Source: Thermoanaerobacter sp. A7A (GTDB lineage: Bacteria > Bacillota > Thermoanaerobacteria > Thermoanaerobacterales > Thermoanaerobacteraceae). From it: a stretch of 64,000 bases of DNA. A program made the position numbers and the translations under genes. Under the pieces are notes generated by a model, which did no database searches, was not told the origin of the DNA, and was given only the letters and a program-made list of their open reading frames with translations. Shown here piece by piece: positions 29,454 to 39,487 of the stretch; positions within the stretch are counted from its first letter, which is position 1, and each line of letters opens with the position of its first letter. The stretch lies in NCBI RefSeq assembly GCF_000445185.1, contig NZ_AVAF01000093.1, positions 33,357-97,356 on the forward strand. The letters run 5' to 3'.

Positions 29454-30479
29454 TTATTTCTCAATAAAAATTTCTGTTACAATAACTTTCCCTATTGCTA
29501 CAACAGGCACAGATAATAAAAGCCCCCAGACGCCAAAAAGTTCCTCTCCTGCAATCAATGAAAAAATCACTGTAATAGGATGAAGCCCTACACTGTCGCT
29601 AATTATTTTAGGTGTTATAAAGGCATTTTCTATCTGTTGCACTAAAAGACACACAAGTAAAGCCCAAAAGCCTTTAGATAAAGAATCAAGGAGCCCTATT
29701 AAAACAGCAGGAATAATTGACAAGATAGGCCCTATGTAGGGAATTATATTTAATATTCCTGCCAATATTCCTATTAAAAAAGCATATTTAACTTTAATTA
29801 GAGAAAGGCCTATACTTGTAAAAATAGCAACAAAGATAGAAAGATATATTTGTGCTCTTATGTATTTACTTAAAATTTTGTCTATTTTTTTTAAAAGAGC
29901 AAAAAAACTATCATGATATTTGGAGGGAATCATTCTTTCAATTTCTTTTTCAAATACATTTTTATCTTTTAAAAGATAAAAAGTAATAATCGGTACAATT
30001 ATCACGTCTATAATATCTTTTAATATTGCAACAGTAGATTTAAAAACCAAATCGACACGAGAGGCAAAAAGATTATTTAGGGCATTCAAATTTTTATCTA
30101 AAACTTTTTCAAATTGAGGTGGCAAATAAGAAAAATAGTTAAATTTTAGTTGAATCAAAATTTTTTGTAGTTCTTCAGTATAGAAAGGTATCATTTTCAC
30201 AAAAATAACTATTTCATTTATCAACAAAGGGAGAATGTAAAAAGAAAAAAATAGTATTACCAAAGCAACAATTAAAAACACTAGAAGAATAGACAAAAAA
30301 GTAGAAAAGCCCTTTGAATTAAAAAATTTTACCATTGGATTTAATAAATAGGCTATTAAAGCGGAAACAAAAAAAGGGGAAAGTATATTTTTAATACTCA
30401 CCCAATTCTTTATAAAAAAATACAATAAGCCTATGGCACCAATGATTAAAAAAAGTAGATACACTTTTTTAACTTGCAT
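29454..30479 (-). CDS. AI-2E family transporter (YrrI-like)
   Basis: PF..S.LIAYLLNP, ..IP..TFY.L.D, IPYIGP, QQIEN..ITPKI, HP. Confidence 0.92.
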   Translation of the reverse strand: MQVKKVYLLFLIIGAIGLLYFFIKNWVSIKNILSPFFVSALIAYLLNPMVKFFNSKGFSTFLSILLVFLIVALVILFFSFYILPLLINEIVIFVKMIPFYTEELQKILIQLKFNYFSYLPPQFEKVLDKNLNALNNLFASRVDLVFKSTVAILKDIIDVIIVPIITFYLLKDKNVFEKEIERMIPSKYHDSFFALLKKIDKILSKYIRAQIYLSIFVAIFTSIGLSLIKVKYAFLIGILAGILNIIPYIGPILSIIPAVLIGLLDSLSKGFWALLVCLLVQQIENAFITPKIISDSVGLHPITVIFSLIAGEELFGVWGLLLSVPVVAIGKVIVTEIFIEK

Positions 30480-30496
30480 TTTATCACCTGAAAAAT

Positions 30497-30658
30497 CTAT
30501 CTAATTTTTATTTTGTTCATTGTACGCCATATTTTTGTCATATTTTTTTCTATCATATCTTTATAACGTCTATATTTTCTCATATCTATTTTGGGAATTA
30601 TATATGCAGCAGCTACTATTCCTGCCAAAAATCCCTTTATATATTTGTCTCTATTCAT
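30497..30658 (-). CDS. 53-aa small protein with a short hydrophobic N-terminal segment (not in the ORF track)
   Basis: AGGAGG RBS; MNRDKYIKGFLAGIVAAAYIIPKIDMRKYRRYKDMIEKNMTKIWRTMNKIKIR. Confidence 0.75.
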   Translation of the reverse strand: MNRDKYIKGFLAGIVAAAYIIPKIDMRKYRRYKDMIEKNMTKIWRTMNKIKIR

Positions 30659-30725
30659 AAAAGCCCTCCTTTGAAATCTAAAAAAGTTTCTGCTTTTTAT
30701 AGATTTCCCTCTTTAAAATAAAAAA

Positions 30726-30744
30726 TGCACACTTTTTGTGTGCA
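30726..30744 (-). terminator. Terminator after mnmA
   Basis: TGCACAC-AAAAA-GTGTGCA followed by TTTTTTATTTT. Confidence 0.8.
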
Positions 30745-31839
30745 CTATCTCACCTTTTTTTCAATTATTCCTCCTCCTACTACTACATCTTTATCGTAGA
30801 AGACAACTGATTGTCCTGGAGTTATAGCTCTTTGAGGTTTTAAAAATTTTACTAATACTTTATCTTCTTCATATGGCTTTATTATAGCCTCTTCTTCTTT
30901 AGCTGTGTAGCGTATTTTTGCAGTTACCTTCATTTCCCTTTCAAGTTTTTCAATGGAAATAAAATTGTTATTTGAGGATATTAGCTCTTCTCCCCACACA
31001 TCTTCTTGATGTCCAACAACAACCACATTGTTTTTCACATCTATATCCACGACGTATAAAGGTCTATCAGAAGATAAACCCAATCCTCTTCTCTGACCAA
31101 TTGTATAGTGTATTATTCCCTTATGATACCCTAAAAATTTGCCGTGAACATCTCTAAATTCTCCTGGCTTTATTTCATCTTTAACTTGCCTTTTTATAAA
31201 TCCGCTGTAATCATTATCTGGGATAAAACAAATTTCTTGACTCTCTAGCTTTTTAGCAACAGGTAGCTTTAACTCCTCTGCCAAAGCTCTTATTTCTTCT
31301 TTTTTGTAATTTCCTAAAGGGAAAAGAGCATGTTCTAACTGCTTCTGTGTCAAACGATATAAGACATAGCTTTGATCCTTAGAAGAATCTATACCTTTTT
31401 TTAATAAATATCTTTTTGTTTTTTCATCATAGTCTTTTCTGACATAATGGCCTGTAGCAATGTAATAAGCTCCCAACTCAAATGCTTTCTCTAGAAGCTC
31501 TCCAAATTTTATTTGCCTATTACACAATACACAAGGATTAGGAGTCCTTCCTTTTAAATATTCATTGATAAAATAATTTACTATTTTATCATAAAAGACT
31601 TCACTAAAATCAACTGTGTAATGAGGTACTCCCAACATCTCTGCAACTTTTTTTGCATCTTGTGTAGCTCTTAAAGAACAACAGCTCTTATCGCTATCAA
31701 AAGCTTTAGCTTCATGGTCTACCCATACTTTCATTGTAAGGCCTATAACATCAAATCCTTCTTTTTTTAAAAGATATGCAGCTACAGAGCTATCTACTCC
31801 TCCACTCATTCCAATTGCTACTCTATTGTTTATCTCCAT
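30745..31839 (-). CDS. mnmA: tRNA 2-thiouridylase MnmA (start at MEINN)
   Basis: MSGGVDSS, TPNPCVLCN, ATGHY, KDQSY, SQEICF, TIGQRRG, TPGQ. Confidence 0.97.
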   Translation of the reverse strand: MEINNRVAIGMSGGVDSSVAAYLLKKEGFDVIGLTMKVWVDHEAKAFDSDKSCCSLRATQDAKKVAEMLGVPHYTVDFSEVFYDKIVNYFINEYLKGRTPNPCVLCNRQIKFGELLEKAFELGAYYIATGHYVRKDYDEKTKRYLLKKGIDSSKDQSYVLYRLTQKQLEHALFPLGNYKKEEIRALAEELKLPVAKKLESQEICFIPDNDYSGFIKRQVKDEIKPGEFRDVHGKFLGYHKGIIHYTIGQRRGLGLSSDRPLYVVDIDVKNNVVVVGHQEDVWGEELISSNNNFISIEKLEREMKVTAKIRYTAKEEEAIIKPYEEDKVLVKFLKPQRAITPGQSVVFYDKDVVVGGGIIEKKVR

Positions 31840-31885
31840 ATTATATATAAAATCCTCCCCTAAAAGTCCTAAAATTATTATTTCC

Positions 31886-32335
31886 CTAAATGTAATACAT
31901 AAAAGCACTTTTTTGATTTAATCGCCTGTAATCATCCACCATATCCTGTAAAGTAATAGAGTCTATCACTTTATTTATACTGTCTCTTATTCTTTCCATC
32001 ACCAACTTCGTCGGACAACCTCCTGCTCTGCTGCACTCAAAAGGAGTATCTTCCAAAACGCAATCTGCAGGAGCCAGTGATCCTTCCAATGTTCTTATCA
32101 CATCTCCAACGGTTATCTTATCAGGAGGAGCTGCTAGCATATATCCTCCCTGTGCTCCTCTGACACTTTTCACAAGGTCAGCTTTTCTAAGGATTGCTAT
32201 AAGCTGTTCTAGATAATGCTCAGAAAGTCCTTCATTTTCGGCAATTGTCTTTAAAGAAATGGGGCCTTCCCCGTAGTAAAGGGCTAATTCAAACATAGCT
32301 TGTATCCCATATCGACCTTTTGTAGATAGTTTCAC
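31886..32335 (-). CDS. Rrf2-family regulator, IscR-like (3 Cys)
   Basis: MKLSTKGRYG, YLEQL, S.RGAQGGY, C-x8-C-x5-C. Confidence 0.9.
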   Translation of the reverse strand: MKLSTKGRYGIQAMFELALYYGEGPISLKTIAENEGLSEHYLEQLIAILRKADLVKSVRGAQGGYMLAAPPDKITVGDVIRTLEGSLAPADCVLEDTPFECSRAGGCPTKLVMERIRDSINKVIDSITLQDMVDDYRRLNQKSAFMYYI

Positions 32336-32350
32336 GATTATCCACCCCTG

Positions 32351-32412
32351 AATTCCTACTATTTTACCCGGATTTCACCAAAAAGAATACCACTTAAAAA
32401 AGTGGTTGTCAA
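32351..32412 (-). promoter_or_regulatory. Rrf2 gene promoter with a pseudo-palindromic operator
   Basis: TTGACA-N17-TATTCT (32384-32412); downstream aattCCTACTA-ttt-TACCCGGattt (+ strand, 32351-32375) resembles IscR type-1 sites. Confidence 0.6.
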
Positions 32413-32422
32413 CACTTAATTT

Positions 32423-32716
32423 TCTATAATTCTTTTGCTTTATCCTGCAAAGAACCCGGCATTATTTGCATTAGTTCTATTCTATTTCTATCAGGATCTT
32501 CTATCCAATATTGATAATTTCCATCTGCTCCCATCATAGGCTGCCCCTTTATTCAATGAATTGTCCCTCCGCCACTTTTAGATATACAAGCATTAATTCT
32601 CCATTTTCATGGTTTAACCTAAATGCTTCTTTTAGACCTAATTTTTTACAATAAAACTCTATGCTTCTGTCAATATCTGTGACTTTGTAGGCTACATGCC
32701 CTAAACCTATTATCAT
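32423..32716 (-). pseudogene. VOC/glyoxalase-family pseudogene with internal deletion and frameshift
   Basis: Fragment 1 MIIGLGHVAYKVTDIDRSIEFYCKKLGL...GQFIE* (stop 32549); fragment 2 in another frame GQPMMGADGNYQYWIEDPDRNRIELMQ... Confidence 0.85.
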
Positions 32717-32788
32717 TTTAAAACCCTCCTAAAAAATATTATTCCTCACTCTATTATAGCAATCCCTTCAAATTTTTCATAATGCAAA

Positions 32789-32812
32789 AAGAGGCGCATT
32801 TTTACGCCTCTT
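32789..32812 (-). terminator. Terminator ending the ornithine operon
   Basis: AAGAGGCG-N8-CGCCTCTT-TTT overlapping the orr stop. Confidence 0.75.
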
Positions 32813-33866
32813 CAATGACTTTTTCTACATATTCAGAGGTAGAACAGGATAAAATCCCTCCATATCTCAGTTTGAACTTTATTATATCTCCTACCTTATA
32901 CGGATATTGGGAATTTGTAACATTTACAATTAAATGGTCACTGCTTGAACCTATTAATTCAATAGAGCTGTCTATAGGAATTAGGTCATTCATATTGACA
33001 TCCTGTCTTCCTATAGCCAAAATTGCTCTTTTCATTATCCCCCTATCCACATATACTTGTCTTTCTCCAAAAGCATCCATTCCTAATATACCTCGTGGAT
33101 AAGAAGGTTTTTCTTTTAATTCGACTATCTGTGCTTCTAAAGTAAATACATCGTCATAAGTATGGGGAATTCTGTCTCCAAAAGCCGTTTCCCTACCTAA
33201 GACAATAGCTTCTCCTATTCTAAGTTGCGTTATTCCTCTTGGTATGAGACCATTTTGAACTAAGTACAGACTGCTTGAGTTTCCTCCTGAGACTATATCT
33301 AAATTCAAGTTGAATTTTTTGTTGATAGAATTTTTTATTTCCACAAGCTCTTCTAATATATCTGGCGTAGGAATAACCGAACCATAACAAGTTAAATTAG
33401 TACCTATTCCCCTTAATCTTATACCTTCTAGTTTTACTATTTGTTCTACTATTGGAATAACATCCTCTTTCAATACGCCCTCTCTCAAATCCCCTAAGTC
33501 TACCATTAGGATTATTTCATGAATTTTCCTTTGTTTTTTTGCCTCTTCCGATAGGCTTTTTATTGTATCTATTTCTGAGTTTAGGCTTATATCTGCATAT
33601 TTTATAACTTCTTCCACTTCACTTTTCATGGGAATTCGAAGAAGCATTTTAGGTACCGGTATATGTTGTAATTTTTTTAAATTTTTAATTCGAGAATCTC
33701 CTAAAATTTCTACTCCGCCTTTTACCATCGTCTGTGCTACTTCTGGAATAGCACAAAAAACTTTTGTAACACCTACTACCTTTATATTTTTCTTTTCACA
33801 CAAATTAACGATAGTTTGTGTATTTTCTCGAAGTTTTACTAAGTTTATTCTCAACAAGGGATACAT
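32802..33866 (-). CDS. orr: Ornithine racemase (alanine racemase-like, PLP)
   Basis: VGVTKV PLP lysine, DLGDLREG, GTNL.C, SGGNSS, RIGE; operon context. Confidence 0.85.
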   Translation of the reverse strand: MYPLLRINLVKLRENTQTIVNLCEKKNIKVVGVTKVFCAIPEVAQTMVKGGVEILGDSRIKNLKKLQHIPVPKMLLRIPMKSEVEEVIKYADISLNSEIDTIKSLSEEAKKQRKIHEIILMVDLGDLREGVLKEDVIPIVEQIVKLEGIRLRGIGTNLTCYGSVIPTPDILEELVEIKNSINKKFNLNLDIVSGGNSSSLYLVQNGLIPRGITQLRIGEAIVLGRETAFGDRIPHTYDDVFTLEAQIVELKEKPSYPRGILGMDAFGERQVYVDRGIMKRAILAIGRQDVNMNDLIPIDSSIELIGSSSDHLIVNVTNSQYPYKVGDIIKFKLRYGGILSCSTSEYVEKVIEEA

Positions 33867-33882
33867 TTAATCTCCCCCATTT

Positions 33883-35226
33883 CTAAATACATAAGCTATT
33901 TTTGATTAATTTCAAAGCTTCGTCAGGATATTTCTTAGACAAAACACCACAAACCGCCATGATATAATCTCTGTCAATTAAAACTTTTGCCGATGAAGGA
34001 GGATAAAGCTCTTTTCCACTTCCTCCATCATTTATATTTTCTAATAATTTTTCTCCTCCTTCAAGTCTTGAAAATATTCCACCGGTACCTATTATCCATT
34101 TAACATTTGTCAAATCTCTTCCTTCCGCATAAAAGGTTCTTCCTGTAGGTCCAAAATAACTGCTTAATTTACCTGCGTGACGCTTTACTGCCACTTCTAA
34201 TGCCTTGTTTGCAAGATATATCACAAATTCTTTTTCTTCTTCTGTTTGTGGTATTGGCTTTATATTGTTTATTAACTCATCTGCATTACTGAATTTTTTA
34301 TATATATCCTCTCCGCACAAATCAAATAAATTTCTTGAATTAACAAAAACCCCCAAATCCCCCTCTACTGTGCGTTTAGCCAAAGGCTCTGGATTTACAG
34401 TTATTTTTTGTATTTCATCGCTTCCTTCAGTAACAGAATGAACATCTGTAGTAGCTCCACCTATATCGACTGCCATCAAATCACCTATGTCATTGTAAAG
34501 AAGTATAGCACATTCCATGACAGCACCTGGCGTTGGGATTATATTTCCTGTCACCAATTCTTTTACTTTACTCATACCTGGCGCTGTTACAATATGCTTT
34601 TCAAAAACTTTCTGAATCATTTTTCTTGTCGGTTCTACATTTAAATTATCAATTGATGGATAAACATTGTCTACAATGTATACTTCCTGACCGGCTTCTT
34701 GAAAAATGTGGGAAATTTCTTCTCTATTTTCTATGTTGCCTGCATAAATTACTGGCACATTCAACTTTAATTCCGCCAATTTTTCTCCATTATAAAGAGC
34801 AGTTTCTCTATCTCCGTAATCCACTCCACCTGCTAAAAGTATTATGTTTGGTTTTATTTGTTTTATTTTTTCTAAATCCGTTCTTCTCAGTTTTCCTGCT
34901 GTTATAAGTTTTATATTGGCTCCTGCCCCAAGGGCAGCCTCTTTAGCTGCCCTTACAGTCATGTCGTAGACTAAGCCATGTACAGTCATTTTGAGGCCAC
35001 CAGCAGCACTGCTACAAGCAAGCATCTCACTATATACAAAATCTCCAATTTTATCTTTTAAATTCTCAATAGCCCCCACAAGACCAATATTCACATCCCC
35101 ATCTAAGACTGTGGTAGGAGCCATCCCCTGACCTATAAAAACAGGATCACTGCCCAGAACAAAAGCATTTACAGTTGTCGTAGTACTTCCAATCTCGGCT
35201 ACAAGTATGTCAATTGTTTTCCTCAT
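33883..35226 (-). CDS. GlmL/MutL-like putative aminomutase reactivase
   Basis: AEIGSTTT, CSSAAGGL, PTPGAV, DIGGATTD.HS, RTVEGDLG; follows oraE. Confidence 0.85.
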   Translation of the reverse strand: MRKTIDILVAEIGSTTTTVNAFVLGSDPVFIGQGMAPTTVLDGDVNIGLVGAIENLKDKIGDFVYSEMLACSSAAGGLKMTVHGLVYDMTVRAAKEAALGAGANIKLITAGKLRRTDLEKIKQIKPNIILLAGGVDYGDRETALYNGEKLAELKLNVPVIYAGNIENREEISHIFQEAGQEVYIVDNVYPSIDNLNVEPTRKMIQKVFEKHIVTAPGMSKVKELVTGNIIPTPGAVMECAILLYNDIGDLMAVDIGGATTDVHSVTEGSDEIQKITVNPEPLAKRTVEGDLGVFVNSRNLFDLCGEDIYKKFSNADELINNIKPIPQTEEEKEFVIYLANKALEVAVKRHAGKLSSYFGPTGRTFYAEGRDLTNVKWIIGTGGIFSRLEGGEKLLENINDGGSGKELYPPSSAKVLIDRDYIMAVCGVLSKKYPDEALKLIKNSLCI

Positions 35227-37414
35227 TTTCCTTTTCCCTTCTTTTTTTAACTAAAAAACTTGCCACTTGATTTCCTTTTGTACCTCTTCCAAATCCTGCA
35301 TCAAAGCCAACACTTTTAGCAAGGTCGTTTGTAATTTGCGTACCTCCACCTACTAAAATTACTTTATCCCTTATTCCCTTTTCTACACAGAGGTCGTGAA
35401 TTTTTTTCATATTCTTTATATGGACATCATCATGGGTTATTATAGTGCTAGCTAAAATAGCATCAGCATTTTCCTCTATAGCTGCATCAACTAACTTTTC
35501 TACAGGACAAGAAGTACCAAGGTAAGTAAATTTTATGCCGTATTTTTCAATTCCACCGTGTTTTATGTCCAAAATCTCTCTTAAGCCCACAGAATGTTCA
35601 TCATTTCCTACAGTTGCAGCAACCACCTTCATAGGCTTTCTCTTAATATCTTCTTCTATTTCCTCATCTGAAAGTATTTCCTCTTCCGGCGGTATTTCTA
35701 ATTCATTTTTGTCAATAGAAAATTGAACACGCCCTCTTACTTCCACGTACGTTCCCTCTGCAGGATGCATTGGAAGTTTACCTAAAACGACTACATCAGT
35801 AAGCCCCAGCTTTTCTGCGTATTTAATAGCCGCGTATTCAGCAGTCCTTTCATTTACAGGCAAAAATAGGTTCATGCTTATTATGCCGTCTCCTGCCCAT
35901 TCAACTTCTGGCTTTATTTTATCTCCTTTTCTGTACTCAACAGTTTCTTTCAATCTATTTTCTACATTGTCATTCTCATCTAATTCGTCTATATAATGGA
36001 TTTTCTCATGCTTGCAAAGAGTACATCCATCTATTAAATCGCAAGGTTTATTAAGCCCTTCTGGCAAATTGTTATATCCAAAGTGAGAGCATACTGGTGC
36101 AATATAGTCTTTATCTCTTTTGTAAACAGTACCGGCGCCAATACCGCCATTTATAGTTCTTACAATGCCATCTCCATTTCTCTCTGGATAATAGCCTGAA
36201 TCCACAAAGAAACCTTCTTCTACTGCCTTAAAGTATCCCCCAACTTCTAAAATTTCCTCCATAAAGAGAATAGCTCTCATTTTTAATTCTCTGACTTTTT
36301 TCCCTAACTCCCCATCAAAATTGAGTTTTACCATCTCTTTTAGACCGTCCATGCCGATAAGGGCTTGTTTAGCAGTGTTTATCGCGTTGATATTGTTGTA
36401 ATGCCATGGGACATTTCTTCCCTCATCAGGAGTAATAGTACTTTGTATATCTGCTGAGGTCAATCGAGATATTAAAAGGTTAAGCACATGTGTTACAGTT
36501 GCTTCTCTCATATCGTGTTCGATATACTTTGTGTTCATTTGCGCTCTCATTTTATAATCTTTAAAAAGCTGCCTCAAAGCTACTGCATACGGCAAATCCA
36601 AACGTATGGAAGGAGTTGGTGGAGCATTTGGTGGCACTGTAGATAAGGCTATGTTTTCTGGTTTTATTCCTACTTTTCTCGAATAAAGTGTATTTATAGC
36701 GTGCTGAACTAAAAGTTCAGGCATAACTTTCCATCCATATTTTGCTGTTGCATTGGCATTGTGAGCACCATCAATTTGAAGTATATTAGCATCTGCCATT
36801 ATTTTCTTAGCAACTGCTGCATCTACAAAAGACCTTACCATGTTTATATTTCTATAAAGGACATTGTACTGAGGGTCTTGATGGGCACCATTTACCCCTT
36901 CTTCAGCGAACATAACAGCTACTTCAGGACCGGCTATCCCACTTACATAAGAGTGAAAGTTTATAGGCCTACCGACCTCATCTTCAATTAAATCCAATGC
37001 TTTTCTCGTCGCTCTTATTTGTTTTCTCGAAATAGGAACTCCTCCTACACCTTCAGGTGTTCCTTCAATGAGTCCATCAAAATGGCTTTGTCCTAACGTT
37101 CTAATAACCATTATGTGGTCTGCTCCATGCCATGCTGCCATTCTCATGCGCCTTATATCATCTTCAAACCTTCCTGAAGCTATTTCTGTGGTTATCACAC
37201 AATCTGGCTGAGGGTCAATGTTTCCAAAGTGTTTTGCAGCAGGTAAAGGAATACTGTTTTTAAGTGGTTTTGAAACCTGATAATACTCAAAATCGCCAAT
37301 TTTGTGTTTACCTACATCCTCTCTCCAGTGCCATCCTCTTCTCCTAGGCACATATTTGTCCAAATCCTTTAAAATTTCTTCAATATCTATTTTTTTATCC
37401 TTTTCAAGCTTCAT
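35210..37414 (-). CDS. oraE: D-ornithine 4,5-aminomutase large subunit (AdoCbl/PLP)
   Basis: EIASGRFEDD, HQDPQYN.LYRN, DEHSVG cobalamin motif, IKHGG. Confidence 0.95.
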   Translation of the reverse strand: MKLEKDKKIDIEEILKDLDKYVPRRRGWHWREDVGKHKIGDFEYYQVSKPLKNSIPLPAAKHFGNIDPQPDCVITTEIASGRFEDDIRRMRMAAWHGADHIMVIRTLGQSHFDGLIEGTPEGVGGVPISRKQIRATRKALDLIEDEVGRPINFHSYVSGIAGPEVAVMFAEEGVNGAHQDPQYNVLYRNINMVRSFVDAAVAKKIMADANILQIDGAHNANATAKYGWKVMPELLVQHAINTLYSRKVGIKPENIALSTVPPNAPPTPSIRLDLPYAVALRQLFKDYKMRAQMNTKYIEHDMREATVTHVLNLLISRLTSADIQSTITPDEGRNVPWHYNNINAINTAKQALIGMDGLKEMVKLNFDGELGKKVRELKMRAILFMEEILEVGGYFKAVEEGFFVDSGYYPERNGDGIVRTINGGIGAGTVYKRDKDYIAPVCSHFGYNNLPEGLNKPCDLIDGCTLCKHEKIHYIDELDENDNVENRLKETVEYRKGDKIKPEVEWAGDGIISMNLFLPVNERTAEYAAIKYAEKLGLTDVVVLGKLPMHPAEGTYVEVRGRVQFSIDKNELEIPPEEEILSDEEIEEDIKRKPMKVVAATVGNDEHSVGLREILDIKHGGIEKYGIKFTYLGTSCPVEKLVDAAIEENADAILASTIITHDDVHIKNMKKIHDLCVEKGIRDKVILVGGGTQITNDLAKSVGFDAGFGRGTKGNQVASFLVKKRREKENEENN

Positions 37415-37778
37415 TTTTACTAGCCTCCCTTGCTATATCATCAAGCACCTCCAAGTACTCTCCATTAGCTATGGATTTTCCGGCAGTGAGGTAATCCTTT
37501 TTAACCCTTTCTGCAACTTTCAACACAATATTTCCTGCTCCTTTTGGCAAAAGCCCTCTTTCCTCAATTCTGTTTACAATCTCCTTTGCCTCAATACTAG
37601 AAAAACCCATTCGTAAAAGCACAGAACGCTCAATGGATGGAGATGTGTGATAATATGCCAACTCTATCAAAGGATCTACAATTTTTTCTGCCAATTTCCA
37701 GAAATATGCGTCTAATTCTTCATCTGTCATGTGCTTTAAGTGTTTGCTTCTTGTTTCAAAATCATCTTCTCGTCTCAT
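37404..37778 (-). CDS. oraS: D-ornithine 4,5-aminomutase small subunit
   Basis: MRREDDFE.R, FW.L...IVDP, TSPSIERSVLLRMGFSS. Confidence 0.95.
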   Translation of the reverse strand: MRREDDFETRSKHLKHMTDEELDAYFWKLAEKIVDPLIELAYYHTSPSIERSVLLRMGFSSIEAKEIVNRIEERGLLPKGAGNIVLKVAERVKKDYLTAGKSIANGEYLEVLDDIAREASKNEA

Positions 37779-39187
37779 ACTAACCCTCCATTCTGTAATT
37801 CTGAAATTACTTCTTTCACAAATTCTTCACTGGACTTAGTATCTTCTGCTAAAAACTTGATGTCCTCCTCTTTAGGCATTATTCCAAAATGTTGGACACA
37901 GTTTTTAATATAGGATTTTTTCAAATTTGAAAGATTGACTTCTCTTGCCTTTATCATAGAAGGATGTTCAGGCAAAATTATATTTTGTCCTGGTATCTCA
38001 TCATCAGGATTTCCTACTAGAATTTTTATGCCGTTTTGCATAGCAAAAGTAAGCTGAGCCGTTGGATTTTTACCTGCCCCTGTATATTCTGTCTCCTGCA
38101 CCACTATTATCTGGTCATTTTCCATTTGCTGTGCCAAACTGAAAGCTGCCGCTAAAGAGGTATTTCCCGCTGGTCCTCTTTCTAAACCTTCTAATTGAGC
38201 TAAAAGCTCTGTCATGTAAAAGACTTCCCCTTGCTTGACAAGGTAATACCCATCCATGTACCTTAAAGGCCTTGCAGCATTTCGAGGCACATCTGCTCTA
38301 TCCGGCCAAGTCGCAAAAGGAATTCCAAATCCTGTATGTCCCGTCGTAAAAGACTTTCTATTAAAATCTTTATCTGAGGCCATGTGAAGTCCTGTCAAAT
38401 CAACACTCACGCCGTATATTTTTGTGTTTACTGCTCCCGCTTTCATAAGTCCTCTTGCAGTACCCGTCAAATTGCCTCCACCAGCATGGGTGGCTACAAC
38501 AACATCAGGAAACTTACCAGTCCTCTCTTTTACTTGCTGAGCTATTTCATATCCCAATGTTTCAATACCAGCAACTCCAAAAGGAGTGTACAAAGAAGCA
38601 TTAAAATATCCCGTCTCTTCTAATAACATCAAGTTTACATAAAATAATTCCGGTCCAACAGTTAGTTGTATGACTTCCGCTCCAAATGTTTCACACTTTC
38701 TTCCTTTTTCCAATATTTCTGGCTGCCCTATACCTCTACTATCATAAGCTTCTTGCACTACGATGCATTTTAAACCTTTCATGGCAGCTTGTGAAGCCAC
38801 TGCTGCTCCGTAATTACCACTAGTGGCAGCTATGACTCCCTTATATCCCTTTTGTTTTGCGTGATATATAGAAACACTAGCCCGCCTTTCTTTAAAGCTT
38901 CCTGAATGGTTACAAGCTTCATCTTTTATAAAGATTCTGGCAGCTTTTCCTGTTGGCGAAACTTTTCTCGCTAATTCTGTCAAGTTTTTTAACTCTATAA
39001 GAGGAGTATTTCCTACATTTGCTTCCCTTTGTATTTTAACAATTTCTTCTAAGGTGTAACCTGTTTCTTTCATCATTTTTTCATATTCAAAAGCAATTCC
39101 ACCTGATTCAAATTTTTCATAATCTATTCCCAAAGATCTTTTCATTATTTCGTTTTTCCTAGCCATTACATGCTTATACCTACTCAT
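37775..39187 (-). CDS. ortB: 2-amino-4-ketopentanoate thiolase beta subunit (PLP)
   Basis: SGSFK.RR, AATSGNYGAAVASQAA, HAGGGN.TG, ETEYTGAGK. Confidence 0.93.
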   Translation of the reverse strand: MSRYKHVMARKNEIMKRSLGIDYEKFESGGIAFEYEKMMKETGYTLEEIVKIQREANVGNTPLIELKNLTELARKVSPTGKAARIFIKDEACNHSGSFKERRASVSIYHAKQKGYKGVIAATSGNYGAAVASQAAMKGLKCIVVQEAYDSRGIGQPEILEKGRKCETFGAEVIQLTVGPELFYVNLMLLEETGYFNASLYTPFGVAGIETLGYEIAQQVKERTGKFPDVVVATHAGGGNLTGTARGLMKAGAVNTKIYGVSVDLTGLHMASDKDFNRKSFTTGHTGFGIPFATWPDRADVPRNAARPLRYMDGYYLVKQGEVFYMTELLAQLEGLERGPAGNTSLAAAFSLAQQMENDQIIVVQETEYTGAGKNPTAQLTFAMQNGIKILVGNPDDEIPGQNIILPEHPSMIKAREVNLSNLKKSYIKNCVQHFGIMPKEEDIKFLAEDTKSSEEFVKEVISELQNGGLV

Positions 39188-39486
39188 TCTTCTTCACCGC
39201 CATACAATATCTCTCTTGCTTTTATACCTGCTTTTATAAGCTCAGGAATTGGATTGCCAAAATCGTGAATATGCCGTGGATTGATTTCTACTAAAATTCC
39301 TTCCACTACTCTACCCGTCAAAGTCTTAATTTTGACTGTGTCGCCAATCTCTCCATCTTGTAAAAGTAAACCTTTAACCCACATCGTCAAAGGAGTCCCT
39401 TTGGTATCTTGAGGTGTATTTTCAGATCTTTCCGATGGTTCTAAAATAACCTGTTTAATTTTTACCCAATCGCCTTTTTGAGCCAT
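39184..39486 (-). CDS. ortA: 2-amino-4-ketopentanoate thiolase alpha subunit
   Basis: KGDWV, P.DT..PL.MWVKG, T.TGR...G, H.FG. Confidence 0.92.
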   Translation of the reverse strand: MAQKGDWVKIKQVILEPSERSENTPQDTKGTPLTMWVKGLLLQDGEIGDTVKIKTLTGRVVEGILVEINPRHIHDFGNPIPELIKAGIKAREILYGGEEE

Positions 39487-39487
39487 T

